A stretch of 64,000 nt of DNA from contig NC_092375.1 of NCBI RefSeq assembly GCF_030028105.1, positions 37,237,130 to 37,301,129 on the forward strand, in the 5' to 3' direction. How positions within the stretch are numbered: the stretch's first letter is position 1; each line of letters opens with the position of its first letter. The notes below the pieces were generated by a model. That model was not told the DNA's origin and made no database searches. It was given only the letters and a program-made list of their open reading frames with translations. This DNA comes from Mobula birostris. Lineage: Eukaryota. A program made the position numbers and the translations under genes. This document shows positions 12,231 through 26,454 of this stretch, one piece after another.

Positions 12231-13248
12231 ATGAACCTTAGGCCCTGTTTCTCATTCTGAGTGGTAACATGTAATATGGAAAACAGGTGCTCTAAAATCC
12301 AATGCCCTACATTGTTGTAATGTAATTAATGCAACAGTACTCTGTTAGCTTCTTAAAGGATAAAATAATAAGCAGGTAGTAATGCCTATGGAATGGACCT
12401 TCAGGGGAATGTAGACAATCTAAGTGGCAACAACAACAGAAAATATACAATGTGGAATGATATTTGGCATTCACTTTGGAGAAAAAAAGAAAAAGCCCAT
12501 TGTGCTGTTTTAAATATTGAGAGACTGGCAATGAGATAACTTTTCTTATGGTTATTAGCAATGAGATCTCTGCAAAGTGTGCAATCCACACATTTGAGAA
12601 CACCAATCCAGCAAAGTTGATCAAGGTTAAATCAGAGTAGAGGGCTCAGGCTGAGAACTCAGCCTCCAACCTCAAATGTCATTGGATTCTCTTCTCTTTC
12701 TTAACCTATGCCGTCTCTGCATCCTGCACTAATTTGGAGATGTTTGTCTTGTTGCTTCACTTTGAATAGCATGAGCGAAGACCTCCTCACAAATTGTGAA
12801 TTATGACTAATTGTTTCTCCTATTGCCAGCAGCATTAAACTCCCCTGCAATTCAAAATCCCTCTACTCATTGCTCAGAACTATTACGTTCTGTTAAGGTT
12901 TCTCAGTAGCCTTTCAAAGTTCAGCTAAACTTCCACACTGCATCGATTCCTCACATACTGAGAATGAGGTCTTGGAATTTTCCTCATTTTCCCAACTTGC
13001 AATGTAGTTCCACTGACAAAGATAGCGCTGTCAATTAAAAAACTATCGTGTTACTTTAATTGGCAATTAATTACATATTATTGCATCAAACACATTTGCA
13101 GATCTAGTTCAAGTGAACAACTTTAAACAGCCACTTGCACTGAAGGTTCAAATTGAAGAAAATCTGAATAATTTGAATACATATTGAATTAAGGTATATA
13201 AATGAACCTATCAGTACTTATATCCTATTCACTTTATCAGAGATCCAT

Positions 13249-13296
13249 ACTCCACAGACCGTTCACACTCCACAGACCGTTCACACTCCACAGACC
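13249..13296. repeat. 18-bp tandem repeat, 2.7 copies
   Basis: actccacagaccgttcac twice, plus actccacagacc. Confidence 0.9.
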
Positions 13297-16200
13297 AGTT
13301 AAAGGTTGGGCATTGCCACACTGCTCAGCATCTTACTGTCCGATAAAGCAATTAATTCTGTTAAACAGGGTTACATTTTAAAGGTTTTAATTGGTGATGG
13401 TGTAAAATGGGACGATAAGTGAAAATCTAAATTATATTTTCTCAATCACTGATAATAATAAATACCTATATCTTTTATTCAAAGCATGTTGATAGTCAAT
13501 GACTTTAAAGCATGTTCTGCCAGCTTCTGTTAATCACATCATCTGATCTAAATAAATCAGCTTAATGCCAATTGTTGTTGCCGTTAAAACCCATCACAGA
13601 ACTGCTTTATTCATTGAAGCTTCATCTATTAAAACGTAAGATGATTTATGAGGTTAGGAGAGTGCAATGACTTGACTTATTTCACAATTATGTGAAGAGG
13701 GTTTCTGACTGTTGAGTTAATCAAAGTAAAGCAGCCACAGTCTGTAAAATAGTATTGAATAAAAGAAATATTCAGTATCTCGGAGCATGGTTCACTATCA
13801 ATCAAACTTCTTAACATCTGCTTCACCATACAACCTGTAGCTCTCTATGGTCGGAATTTAGGGAAAGCTGCAATTATTTTTTGATAGTTGAAACAGTATC
13901 CACTTCATTGATCTTGTATTTTCTTCAGGGAACTGTAATGCTGATCCAAAAATGTGATGATGTGACTGTATAAAATTGCTTTAATTAGTATTAGATGCAG
14001 GAAAACAATATCGAAAACGGATGTAAAGGAAGGAAAATTTCAGGTTAAATTTAAAAAATCAGGTCGCAGCTAATACCTGCACTACTTTTTAGAATCTGCA
14101 CGTTTATGGTTCCTGCAACATTTGAAATGATGCACAGACATTCTCACCTCATAGATTAGAATTAGATAAAGAAAGTTTAGATGATTTGCAATTTGGACAT
14201 TCTGGGTTTCTGAAATATGTTTGCAAAGGTTTCACTGAAATGCTGAAAGAGGGAGGAAGTAGTGCAAAGTTGCATCACGAGTGCTTTTGCTTCACTCCTC
14301 CCCTCCGACAAGCAAATTTCTAAAGGAAAAGAATCAACCTCAAACGTTGTCTAGGCTGCTTGAAAACTTTCTTCAGAATTGGAACTTCAGAGACTTGCAC
14401 GGAATCTCCACAGGTACTGTAATGAATTAACAGTTAATGAAACATACTTGTCGCATTTTTCTTAAATAACTGATGCTAGAGATTATAAGTGTAAAATAGG
14501 ATGAGTTTATATCTTGAAGGTATTCTGTTTTAAAGCACTTGAGGGACATAATTATGATGAAGTTAATAAGAGTAACAAGTATTGGTTATATTTCACACAA
14601 GACAAAGAATAAACATCATCAATGAAATGGGTCGTATCTACTTTTCGCTGAAACGTTCAGAATGGCAGTCTTCTGACCATTGGCTGATGGTCAAGGATTT
14701 GATCTTAGTATCAACTCTGTATCCTCAAAATCAACAAGCGAGTCTGGTAAAGTACCAAAGAAAAGCAAACAGCAAAATTGGAGAATTATAAAAGGAAGCT
14801 GGACTAGCTTAATTTGTTTTCACTGAGAGAACATCACAGGATTTGTGTAATTTTAAAATGTAAACAGAGAGAGCAGGTTTGAAAACAGAACTAGAGATAA
14901 CAAAGCAAATATAAATTAAAAAGTGATAAGCAATAAAAGATATAAAATGTTTTCTCTCAGAAAATATAAAATATAAGGAGCAATCTCCAATAAAAGTTTG
15001 ATGCATTGATGGACCTCGTTAGACAAGGGCAGGATCTATATATGATTGGAAATTAGACTGGACCTTGCAAGCCCGAGATAATCAAAGATTTACATGATTG
15101 TTGTTAGTTGAAGAGTGAGTGAAGGTGGAAGAAATTGAGCTGTGTGTGACACTGAAAGCTCGGTAATTGATTCACAGGAGATCTGAAGTCAGAGCCTAGA
15201 GAAATAACTAGAAAGATGAAGCTATATCCCACTGTCAGAGGGCTGTGTGGCGAGGGATAGATTTTTAAGCGGTACTTGAAGATGGAAAAAAGCAAAAATT
15301 AGAGAGCAAGATATAATGGAACCTGAGAAATACTCGGCCCTGTGTAAAAGTGAACGGTTTCAATATTCCTCCTTACCTGAAGTATATGACTGTGGATAGG
15401 AAGAAGAGCTCTATTCTCTAAGGGACGAAGGGCCTATTCCATGCTGCATCTCCATAAATATCTAATAAATAATGATACAGGTACACAGAAGGGAAATTCT
15501 GGAAGGAGAAGGAAGTGACTTTGGTCAGAAATAAGGATTGAAATTCAGTTTTTAACAGAACAATGGACATTATTATGTCGTGCCTGAAGTGAGAGCTGGA
15601 AGCTCGTAGGTGCAGTAAAAAACCTCAAGTAAATGGTTTCTGATTCTGCTGAGCGAGGAAATATTCATTTTTTAAAACTGCTGAACGAGTAAACATTCAA
15701 AGAACTAAATAAAACTGTGATCAGTTAATGGAGAGTATGGAGGATGGATAAAAAAAACAGGCAAGTAAAAGAGAGATAATTATTGTTCTCCAGCTCATGA
15801 TACATTCCCATAAAAATTCTTCATCATTCTACTCCGAAGGGTTGTACTTTGTGCAGGGAGTATTTACACAGAGTATTCCCTCAGGAACTGAAATTTGGTG
15901 GAGAGGATTGTACATTGTCTGTGGAAGGAAATCGTGTTATAAGTTTTTTTTTCATTCTGTTATTATGTTCTAACAACTTGTTTAAAATTAGACATTTGAA
16001 GAGTTCCTATTGTAAGATTGGGATGGTTCCAGGACAAGAAAAAATGAGCAGCAACCAGTAATTTGTATAAAAGATCACAAGCCCATTAAGTGCAAAATTA
16101 TCTATTCGGCAACAGTTGAAAAGTGCCCACAACCCTTCGTCTCTGGAGCTCCTGAGACTCAGGCAATGATGCTTTCATTCTTCTTCCTTTTCTTGTCTTC

Positions 16201-17876
16201 CCAGCGGTCTTCAAGTCTGTATGAACCTTTCTTCCCCGTGATTAGCTTTATTCTATCATTGTCCATGTGCACTAGTATCCTGCTTAACACCACCCCACGG
16301 GTTACTGCTCTATATTAGTGACACAGATCTTTATCCCACAACTCACCCAAGCCATATGTTTCTCATCATGTTTTATGAGTGTAATTTTACAACTGAAGAT
16401 CAAGAGGAGCTCATTCATAACCACTATAACTGCAAAAATAAAGTTTATAAGCTCTGTCATTGCTACTTCAATGCACATATTAGGTCAGTTTGTGTTAAGT
16501 CAGAGCAGTTTCTCACGTGTTCCGAGGCAGCATCTAATGTGCCACTGAATTTTCATAGTTCTAGAAAGAATATTTACATACCTAGCACTTCCAAGATAAA
16601 TTTGAGATCTGGTCTCATATAAAACCAATCAATAGTTAATTTTAGAGGAAGGCACAAATGATTATCAAAATATTAGTAACATAAATAATCTTTCTTGGGC
16701 AGTGTGTTTCTTCAGGAATGATGATACAAATACCTTGCGTATTTGTCATGAAATCTTTTAGTAACCTAGTAAAAAATTCCAGTTTGCTATATTTAGCAGA
16801 CATCTTTTATTTCTTGGATAGTTTTGGATTATAAACAGAGCGCCTGCACTGTATTTTAAGATATTGCTTTGAAATCCATGGTATATCGAATTGGGACATC
16901 ATTGTGCTTATTTGATATTCTTTGACATTATCATAATTAATTCAAATCTTTAAACATTCAATTTATCAGAAGCTTAATTCTGCAAATGCTGAGAACTTCA
17001 GAACAGTAATGATTTGACACTTTAGGTTGATAGAAAATGGAAAACATTTTCTATTTATATTCAGCATACAACAGATAATCAGGTTGTTAAATCACCATAA
17101 CATATGATATGTAGGTCTTTATCTTGCACCCATTTTTTCTGATGTAGGAATAATAAGTGACAAGCATTCAGACCCACTTTAGAAAATGTAACAACAGATA
17201 AATGGCAACAATTTCTTCTGTGTTGTATTAGAACCTCTCATAGAGATGTACATCAAAGTCTTTGGGAGGCTTTCATATTTTTTTAACAGATGTGAAAGAC
17301 TGTGATATGCGATAACTATCATTACTTAGCCAGTTGGTGGGGAGAGCCTAAAACTATTCATATTGCTCAATTAACCCTCTCACTGCAAGTGTAGCTGGTG
17401 TATAAATTCCCCACGTTTATCCCCGAACTTAATCTGCCACTAGCATCAAGAACACACACCCGTACGATATGGAATTTCCTTCCTAAACTTTTCGCCCTTT
17501 TTCCTTCCTTAAAACTTCCCTTAAACTCGTTGTGCTTTACAAAGTATTTGGTTACATGTTGCTAATATCTCATCCTGGAGTTCATTTTGATGACTGCTCC
17601 TGTAAACCACTTTAGGACATTTTACCACATATGCTGCATAAATCCAAATTGTTGTTGCAGTCAGTGAGTGAGAAGAATGCAGAGTATCGAACAATTATTT
17701 TCTTTTTCACACATTGCCTTTCTCAAGCAACTCAGAGTCAATTTGTCCTCATGAGTCACATGCCGGTGATAAAAAAACCTGTTTCTGGTTCTGACAAGTA
17801 TTTAAGTAACTGGCCTTTTCATTGGCTATGTGGAATAGTTCATATTCCAAGCCTTCCCTGGTAATGCTCTTCCGAC

Positions 17877-18350
17877 TCTTTTTGCACGACATTGACAACT
17901 GCATCATGAACCTGTGCTGAGCTCATCACTTTCATCAACTTTGCCTACAACCTCTACCCTGACCTTAAATTCACTTGGTCCATTTCTGACACTTCCCTTC
18001 CCTTTCTCAATCTCTCTGTCTCCGTCTCTGGAGGCAAACTGTCTACAGCATCTTTTATAAACCTACTGATTCCAACGACTATCTTGACTTTTCCTCCTCC
18101 CATCCTGTCTCCTGTGAAAAAAAGATGCCAGTGAAGCCACTCTCAGGTTGAAAGAGCAACACCTTATATTCCATCCAGGTAGCCTCCAACCTGATGGCAT
18201 AAACATCAATTTCTTCAACCTCCAGTAATTTTCCTCCTCCCTCTTCCCTCTTCTTCAGTTCCCTACTCTGCCCCACCTTACTACTACTCCTCACCTGCCT
18301 ATCACCTCCTCTTTTTGTCCATACTCCTTCACTTTCTCCCATGGCCTACT
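17877..18350 (+). mobile_element. Degenerate, internally deleted PLE (RT core fused to the endonuclease C-terminus)
   Basis: Translates to FINFAYNLYPDLKFTWSISDTSLPFL...YKPTDS.DYLDFSSSHP, then jumps directly to EATLRLKEQHLIFH...QPDG. Confidence 0.7.
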
Positions 18351-20140
18351 CTCCTCAAGGGAGGAGTTTACTGAGACTCTATCCAAGATTTTTGCATCAC
18401 TGTTAGCTGTGGGTGAAGTCCCAGAAGACTGGTGGATAGCTAATGTTATTCCCATATTCAAATAGGGCATTAGGGATTAAAAAAAAAGTGAAACTTCTAT
18501 CAGGAGTAGGGAAACTATTAGAAAAAAATAGGTGGGATTTATGATCATTTGGAAAGTCAGGGATTGAACGGTAGTTTGGATGGGGGGGGGGAGTTGCTGG
18601 TGGAAATCAGCATGGTTTTGTGCCTGGGAAGAGTCCTGCCTTGCAGATCCGATTGAGTATTTTTTTGAGTAGATTACTAAGAAAATTAATGGAAACAAGG
18701 TGGTAAACATAATACACATGAACTTTAGCAAAACCTTTGACAGGTGGAAGTTGGTCCACAAATATAGAGCACATGGTATCCAAGGTGTTTTGACAGAATA
18801 GATCCAAAATTGGCTTGATGATAGGAGCCAGAAGGTAGTGGTAGATAGGAGTTTTTCTGAGGTTTTTTGATAGGACCTTTCTTATTTGTCATATAGTTTA
18901 TGTAAATGTTTTGGATGAGAATGTCTGTGGTCTGATAAAAAGGTTTTCTGATGTTGCAAAAGTTGGTCGAGCTGTAAAGATAAAGATTACCTTTATTCCT
19001 CACATATACATCAAAATGTACAGTGAAATATGCTGTTTGCATCAAATCAAATCAGCTAGGATTGGTGCTGGGGCAGCCCACAAGTGTTGCCATGCTTCCA
19101 GTGCCAACATAGCATGCCCACAACTCACTAACCCCAACCCTAACCATACACCTCTGGAATGTGGGAGGAAATGGAGCACCTGGAGGAGATGCATGCATTC
19201 ACAGGGAGAACGTACAAAATCCTTATGGACACCAGCAAGAATTGGACCCGCAGTCAGTGTAAAGCTTTGTGTCACCCTATCCTTGTAGATCGCAAAGATA
19301 GTTGCTTGAGGATACAGAGGGACATAGATCAGCCGGGAAGTTGATTGGTGCAGTACCAGATGGAATTTAATCCAGACAAGTGTGAGGTAATGTATTTTGG
19401 TTAATGTAATGCTGGCTGGACATATACAGTAAATGGCAGTGAATTTAGAAATGCTGATGTACAGAGAAGCTTGGAGTGCAAGTTTATATCTCCCTGAAAA
19501 CAGTGACACTGGTGATTGGGATAGTGAAGAACAAATTCATCCTTGTCTTCATAGACAGGCATATAAGACCTTGAACATCATGTTGCAGCTGCACAAAATA
19601 TTGATGAATTCACATTTGGATTATTGTGTACAGTTCTGGTCATAACCCCATAGGAACAATGTGGCAGCGCCAGAATTTGCACAGGAAAGGCTCACTAAGA
19701 TATTGCTAGGAATGAAGGGTTTTAGTTGGAAGGAGAAACTGGCTCGGCTGGGATTGTTCTCACTAGTGTACAGGAGGATGAGGGGTGAGCTTATGGAGGT
19801 CTATACAATTTTGAGGGACAGAAGAAGGGTAGGTAGTCAGAGTCTTTTTCCATGGGTAGGGGAATCTAAATCAAGAAGCATAAGTTTAAGGTGAGAGGGA
19901 CAGATACTGAAAGAAAATCAGAGGAACATGTTTTTCACACAGAGTTTGATGGGTAGATGGAATGAACTGCCGTAGGAGGGGTGAGGGCAGGTATAATCAC
20001 AGGGGTACAATTACTGCATTTTTATAAGATTTAGAAAGGTACATGAATAGGAAAGGAATAGAGGAATATGGGCCAAATGCAGGAAAATGAGAAGAGTGGA
20101 GATAACCATCTTGGTCAGGTGAATGGTCTGAATCAGGCTG
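18350..20140 (+). mobile_element. Degenerate CR1 LINE with a SINE inserted at about 19010-19290
   Basis: Decayed RT motifs (FSKTFD, HLDYCVQFWS, LGLFSLVYRRMRGELMEVY). The insert has tggaatgtgggagg/atgcattcacagggagaacgtacaaa SINE blocks. Confidence 0.75.
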
Positions 20141-22589
20141 AAAAGCCATTTACCATGCAGTCTGAATCTCTGGCAATCTAACTCTAAGATAAGAATATTC
20201 CAAAGTGATTTATAATCAAATAAATTCCTTTGAAGTGTAGCTACAATATGGAAAGCATTGCAACGTGATGATCGTACACTGTAAATCTTCCCACCAAGAC
20301 CCGGTAAGATTGAACTAAACCACACTGAGTAGAGCATTAATAAGATCAGTCCCTGGTCAACTAACTTTACAATTAGGCGCTGTAACCTGAGGCTCGAATG
20401 AAGGAAAAGCAGCAGAGTTAAATGATCCCCACTGAAATGCGAAAGAGAAACAGAGTCAGATCCTTGCCTTTTGCTAGACCCACTAACATACAAATAACAC
20501 ACTCATAAGGCTTACACGTATTCTATCAGTGCAGACAGGAATCATACACTGACCCCAGCAAAACAGGATAGTGAAAGAGTGCATGGTCACTCAGCACATC
20601 AGTACCCAAAACACTGTTTTGTTACCATCTGCCTTTGGTGTAATTAAACTTCTCAATCATTGTGGGTGGCCTTTGATGCTTTATGGAAAATATTTTGCAT
20701 TTTTAAGTGCTTCTCTCAGTCAGGGAAACACAATCAAAGTTCATTTTTAAAATTTAAGATAAAAGCTTTGTAAAATTAACAGTATTGATGCAGTAAGCTA
20801 GTTGTATCGGCAATGTTCATTTCACACGTAAACGTTGTGTGACCTTTTGGTTAATGTTGGTGTGACCACTTACAGTCAACAGCTTTGCATAATGTTTAAT
20901 TTTGTTTATGTGGACTTTAAAATTAGAATTGTTTATGAACTGAAAGGTCACCATAATTTTGGTTAGTGCTTTGTTGCATCTATCCAGCCATGGCCGATTA
21001 TTTTATACTTCGTCGTCACTGAAACTTTCATTTACTGTTCTTAAAGATCAAGCAGAAAGTTTCAGATATTTCCAAATAACTGCCCCGTTGCATTACTGAT
21101 TATTACTTTCTCAAAACTAATAAATTTTAGTTCATTATGCTACTCTCCAGAGATCAAGCTATTTCATCTGTCATGCTTTTTAAAAATATTTTATTTCTTA
21201 AAGCTTTTTGTGCTGTACTGTACCTATGCTCAGGAATATTATGGAATATTACAGTGCTTGCTTCAGTCGGCTCCCAAATTTCCATCTCACAAATGTGACA
21301 ATTAATGTAGATTTTATAAACATTGATTACCTTTCACACATTAACCATTCTTACCATTGGCATTGCTCAAGGACTGAGGGGAACTGCAGCCCAAAAAGAA
21401 CTATGTACAGTATGCTGCCAGGGAAAGTCACGATTCAGCTGCTGCAGATTTGGTAAACCAAATGGGTTGCTCCTGTGCTGTACTGTTCCACGTTCAAAGT
21501 TCCATTGTGAGTGGGTGTCAGAGACTCATGCAAAACATATTTACATCTACCCACCTTGTGTTTTTGAGAAACCAAGATTAGATGAAGGTTATTAGACCTG
21601 AAACATTTAATTGTTTCTCTCTCCACCTGAATATTTCCAGCATTTTCTGTTTTAGTTATAGATTTCCTGCAGTAGTTTTGATTTTCATTCCTCATATTGA
21701 GAGAACCCTTAAACAGGTTGTGAGTAGTTAATTTGCCTCCCATAAATTCCCACCAATGGTGGAATTGATCCACTTGACCCGAAACAGGAGTGTGTGGGCC
21801 ATGGCAGTCAAAGCTCAAACTGGGCACAGCACCTGATGATGATGATGATGAAATTCTCACCAGTGTAGGTGGGCAGGGAGAAAACCTACGTGGAGTTGAC
21901 AGGCTCTGAGAGAGAATAGGTAACAGGGAAATAAGAGGAGAAACATGATTGATGGGGTTAGATCTAAGAAATAGCACAAACTCAATGGGCTGAAGGGTCT
22001 CCTTCAATGATAGAAAATATAAATTCCCATATGGCCTGTGATTGAGTATTTCGTTACCTTGGGACAACTGCCAGAATCACTTTGAACTACCTATGGACTC
22101 TGCAACAGTATTATTTATTTATTTATTTATTTATTATTTGCATTGTTTGTTTCCTTTTGCACATTAGTTGCTTGTCAGACGTTTTATTTATAGATTTTCA
22201 TAAATTATATTGTATTTCTTTATACTCCTGTGAATGTCTGCAAGAAAATGTATGGTGACACATACAGTATGTACTTTGATAAATTTACCTTAAACTTTGA
22301 ACTTTGAATGCTGAGATCCAGGTCTGCTACTCCACGAAACCCAATTGGCTGCATTTGCAGTGCAGCATCAATGGATGATCCCATCCTAAAACAAAATATA
22401 AAATTTCATCAATTATTTTGAGGAAGTAATTTTTATCAATTATTATAGCTGTAACTGTGCTCAGGTATAAATGTGTGGTAGCCAAATGTATAATTGAGAC
22501 TTTCCTGTCCTCTAACTCACTGAACGTATGCTAAACAAAAATATATTCCAGTTAAAAGCAAGGACAGCAAGGATGGGGAGAGCCAGCCA

Positions 22590-25500
22590 TGGATAACCAA
22601 GGAAATAAAGGAAGGCAACAAACTAAAAGCTTATGTGTACAATGTCGCCAAGAGTGGTGGGAAACTGAAAGATTGGGAAAACTTTAAAAAGCAACAAAGA
22701 ACCACTAAGTGAGCAATAAACAAAGAGAAGATAGATTATGAAAATAAACTAGCACAAAATATAAAAATAGATTGTAAAAATTTTTATATTTATATAAAGC
22801 AGAAAAGGGTGGCCATAATGAACATAGGTCCTTTGGAAGCTGAGAAGGGGTAATTGATATTGGGTAATGAGGAAATGGCCGAGGCTTTGAATGACTATTT
22901 TGTGTTAGTCTTCATGGTGGAGGACACATCTAACATGCTGAAGAGAGACGATATGGATATGAAGGGAGGTGAGGACCTCGATACAATAGCTATCACTAAA
23001 GAGGTAGCGCTGAGCAAACTTGTGGGCCTGAAGGTAAAAAAGTCCCCTGGTCCTGATGGAATGCATCCCAGGGTACTGAAAGAAATAACAGAAGTTATAG
23101 TAGAGGCTTTGGTGATAATTTACCAAAATTCTCTGGACTCTGGGCAGGTCCTGGTGGATTGGAAGGTGGCAAATATCACACCACTGTTCAAAAAAGGATG
23201 TAGGTAAAAGGCAGGTAACTATAGGCCGGTTAGTTTAGCACCTGTAGTTGGGAAAATGCTTGAAGCTATCATTAAAGAAGAAATAGTGAGGCATCTGGAA
23301 AGAAATGGATCCATCAGGCAGACGCACCATGGATTCAGCAAAGCTGGGTCCTGTTTGACAAACTTACTGGAGCTCTTTGAGGATATACCAAGTGCAGCGG
23401 ATAGAGGGGAACAGATGGACATTGTTTAGTTGGATTTCCAGAAGGCATTCAACAGGGTGCCACATAAAAGACTTAACCATAAGATAAGAATGCATAGAGA
23501 TGGGGGTGATGTATTAGCATGGATAGAGAATTAGATAGCCAATAGAAAGCAGAGAGTTGGGATTCATAGGTGTTTGTCTGGCTGGCAATCAGTGGTGAGA
23601 AGTGTGTCGCAGGGTTCAGTGCTGGGCCTACAACTGTTCATGATACAGGTTTCCCCCGCCATCCGAGGCAGAGCGTTCCTATGAAACGGTTCGTAAGCCG
23701 GAATGTCGTAAAGTGAAGAAGCAATTACCATTTATTTATATGGGAAAATTTTGTGAGCGTTCGCAGACCCAAAAATAACTTACCAAATCATGCCAAATAA
23801 CACATAAAACCTAAAATAACAGTAACGTATAGTAAAAGCAGGAATGATATGATAAATACACAGCCTATATAAAGTAGAAATACTTCTCCACAATCATTGC
23901 CTGAACTGTTCTCCGTAGCGAAAATCTCACGCAAGCGCTCGTGGCAAAAACACGGCACACGCACCGTTTGGCAGAAACACGGCGCAAGCGCTCTCCAGTA
24001 ACCTTTAAACTATGAAGCTGCCAAATCATACCAAATAACAGGTAAAAATACACAGCGGATATAAAGTAGAAATCACTAACCGGAATCGAGAAGTCAGTGC
24101 AGATCACACTGATGATGGTGTGTTAGACTGAGTCATCGCAGGTTGGGTGGTGCAGTGGCCCCCACCCTCCAGGCCGCCGACTGATATGTTGCCGCGAGGC
24201 ACGCAGGGGTCCAGCGGTAGCCGGGAGGCACACAACACATCTTTAAGAAAAAAGCCGAAATAAACATGCTAATTAATTAGGTGCTGCCCGGCACGTAATT
24301 GTCGGCTCAGATCAGTGCCGATTGCCGATTGCATCGCCTTTGATCTGGGCCGACAATTACATGTTGGGTGGCACCTAATTAATTAGCAAGTTTATTTCGG
24401 CTTTTTTCTTAAAGACGTGCTGTGTGCCTCCTGGCTACTGCTGCATTCTCCGCAAATCGGTACAGTATGTGTCCGGAGCCTGGGGGTTGGGATGGTGGGA
24501 CACGGGGGTGTCATCTCGTCGTCTATTTCCATTAGAGCAGGCAGCTCATCTTTTCCTATGACTGCCCGCCTCGATGTCGAAGGTCGAGGTTCATCGTCTG
24601 CTGTGGCTGATGTGAAAGGCTTGAAAAATGACAGTACTGTATGCTTGACTGCTGAACCTCATGCATTTTTCTATCGTACAGTTTTTGTAAGGACTCAAAC
24701 TGTCTTGCAAATATGTCATAAACCGACGTACCCTGTCAAAATTAAAGTTGTACTTTATCATTACTCATTCGGTTTCCATTGTTATCCTTTCCTCTTCCAA
24801 TTGCATCAGCTCTTCATCTATCAGTTCTTGGTCATGGGATGCCAAAACCTCTTCAACATCATGTTCGTCAGCTTCCACAAGCCAAACTCACTTTGTCCTT
24901 ACTTGGTTCACCACGATTGAAACGCTTAATTATGTCTAGTTTTACACTAAGCGTAACACCCTTACGAGCTCTTTCAAGTTTTTCCGATACCTTAGAAATC
25001 ATCTTGCAAACAGCTGCTCACAGGCATGTGTTTAAGCAATGCCAGCGAGAATGCAGTTCCGAATCCAGGGGAGAGCGGCTGCTCAGGGTGCGCGCTGCCT
25101 TTTTTTTTCGCGCGCTGATTTTTCACGCGCTGCCTTTTTTCGTAACAGTGAAAACACCTTCTGTTAGCAAAAACAGGGAACTAACGTAAGTCTTTCGTGT
25201 GGTTTCATAAAGCGAACGTTCAAAAAGCGGGGGACACCTGTATACATTAATGATCTGGAAGAGAGGATCAAGTGTAGTGTATCTAAGTTTGCTGATGACA
25301 CTAAACTGAGTGGAAAAAATTGTGCAGAGGATATGGAGCATCTGCAGAGAGATATCGATAATTAAGTGAATGAGCAAGGATTTGGCAGATGGAGTACAAT
25401 GTTGGTAAATGCAAGGTCATCCTCTTTGGAAGGAAAAATGGAAGAACAGATTATTATTTAAATGGTGAAAGATTGCAGCATGCTGCTGTGCAGAAGGACT

Positions 25501-26160
25501 TGGGAGTGCTTGTTCATGAATCACAAAAAGTTGGTTTGCAGGTGCAACAGGCTATCAAGAAGGCAAATGGAATGTTGGCCTTTGTTGCTAAGGGGATTAA
25601 ATCTAAGAGTAAGGAGGTTATGCTGCAACTGTACAGGATACTGGTGAGGCCGCATCTGGAGTATACTGTATTGTGTGCAGTTCTGGTCTCCTTACTTGAG
25701 GAAGGATACACTGGCTTTGGAGGCAGTGCAGAGGAGGTTCACCAGGCTGATGACTGACTGGAATTCAGGAAGAGAGGAGATCTTATAGAAAGATAAAATT
25801 ATGAAAGGGGTAGATAAGACAGAGGCAGGAAAGTTGTTTCCACTGGTAGGTGATACTAGAACTCGGGGATATGACCTCAAGATTTGGGGAGAATAGATTT
25901 AGGATGGAGATGAGGAGGAACTGCTTTTCCCAAAGAGTGATGAATCTGTGGAATTTTCTACCCAATGAAGCAGTGGAGGCTACCTCAGTAAATATATTTA
26001 AGACAAGGGTGGATAGATTTTTTGCATAGTGGTGGAATTAAGGGCTAAGGGGAAAAGGCAGTAGGTGGAGATGAGTCCATGGCCAGATTAGCCATGATCT
26101 TATCGAATGGTGGAGCAGGCTCAACAGGCCATTTGGCCTACTCCTGCTCCTATTTCTTAT
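22590..26160 (+). mobile_element. CR1 LINE RT region interrupted by a Tigger-like transposon
   Basis: KSPGPDGMHPRVLKE, NYRPVSL, DFQKAF, FADDTKL, RPHLEY. The flanks rejoin as ttcatgaTAtacattaatga. Confidence 0.9.
23646..25240 (-). mobile_element. Non-autonomous Tigger/pogo (Tc1-mariner) DNA transposon, 1595 bp
   Basis: TIRs CAGGTTTCCCCCGC and reverse-complement CAGGTGTCCCCCGC; TA duplicated at 23644-45 and 25241-42. Minus-strand remnants RKGVTLSVKLDIIKRFNRGE (N-terminal HTH) sit directly next to DVEEVLASHDQELIDEELMQLEEE (C-terminus). Confidence 0.9.
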
Positions 26161-26454
26161 GTTCTTGCATTCTTATACAGTTTGAACTCGTTGCTTTTTG
26201 TTTTCACACTCCTTGAGCAACTCTCACCTGCAAGTAAGAGAAAGCAGTGCAATAACTAGCTTTTGGCAGGTGTGAATGACAAGTGCTGAGATCAAATATG
26301 TGTAAAAGTGTGGGTGGTACGTGGAGCAGTTGTGTATACTTGTGTTGATAGAATGCCACTGGCGGCTGTTAGTGGTAAACCAGATCACGCGCCGGGCTTC
26401 TGCTGAACATGACAGAGAATGCCAGAGGTAACTGGCAAGTCCAGTAACCTAAAA

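Noticed and set aside
12985-13030. J-segment-like IFVSGTTLQVG on the minus strand
   Set aside because: FGxG is broken, there is no GT donor at the expected phase-1 position and no heptamer upstream.
13249-13296. CRISPR-like array
   Set aside because: These are head-to-tail 18-bp repeats without spacers, in a vertebrate context with no cas genes.
21323-21595. Cys-rich ORF resembling a hepcidin or defensin precursor
   Set aside because: It starts at a non-ATG codon, the Cys spacing fits no family I know, and part of it is a CR1-type tail (cctgtgctgtactgttc).
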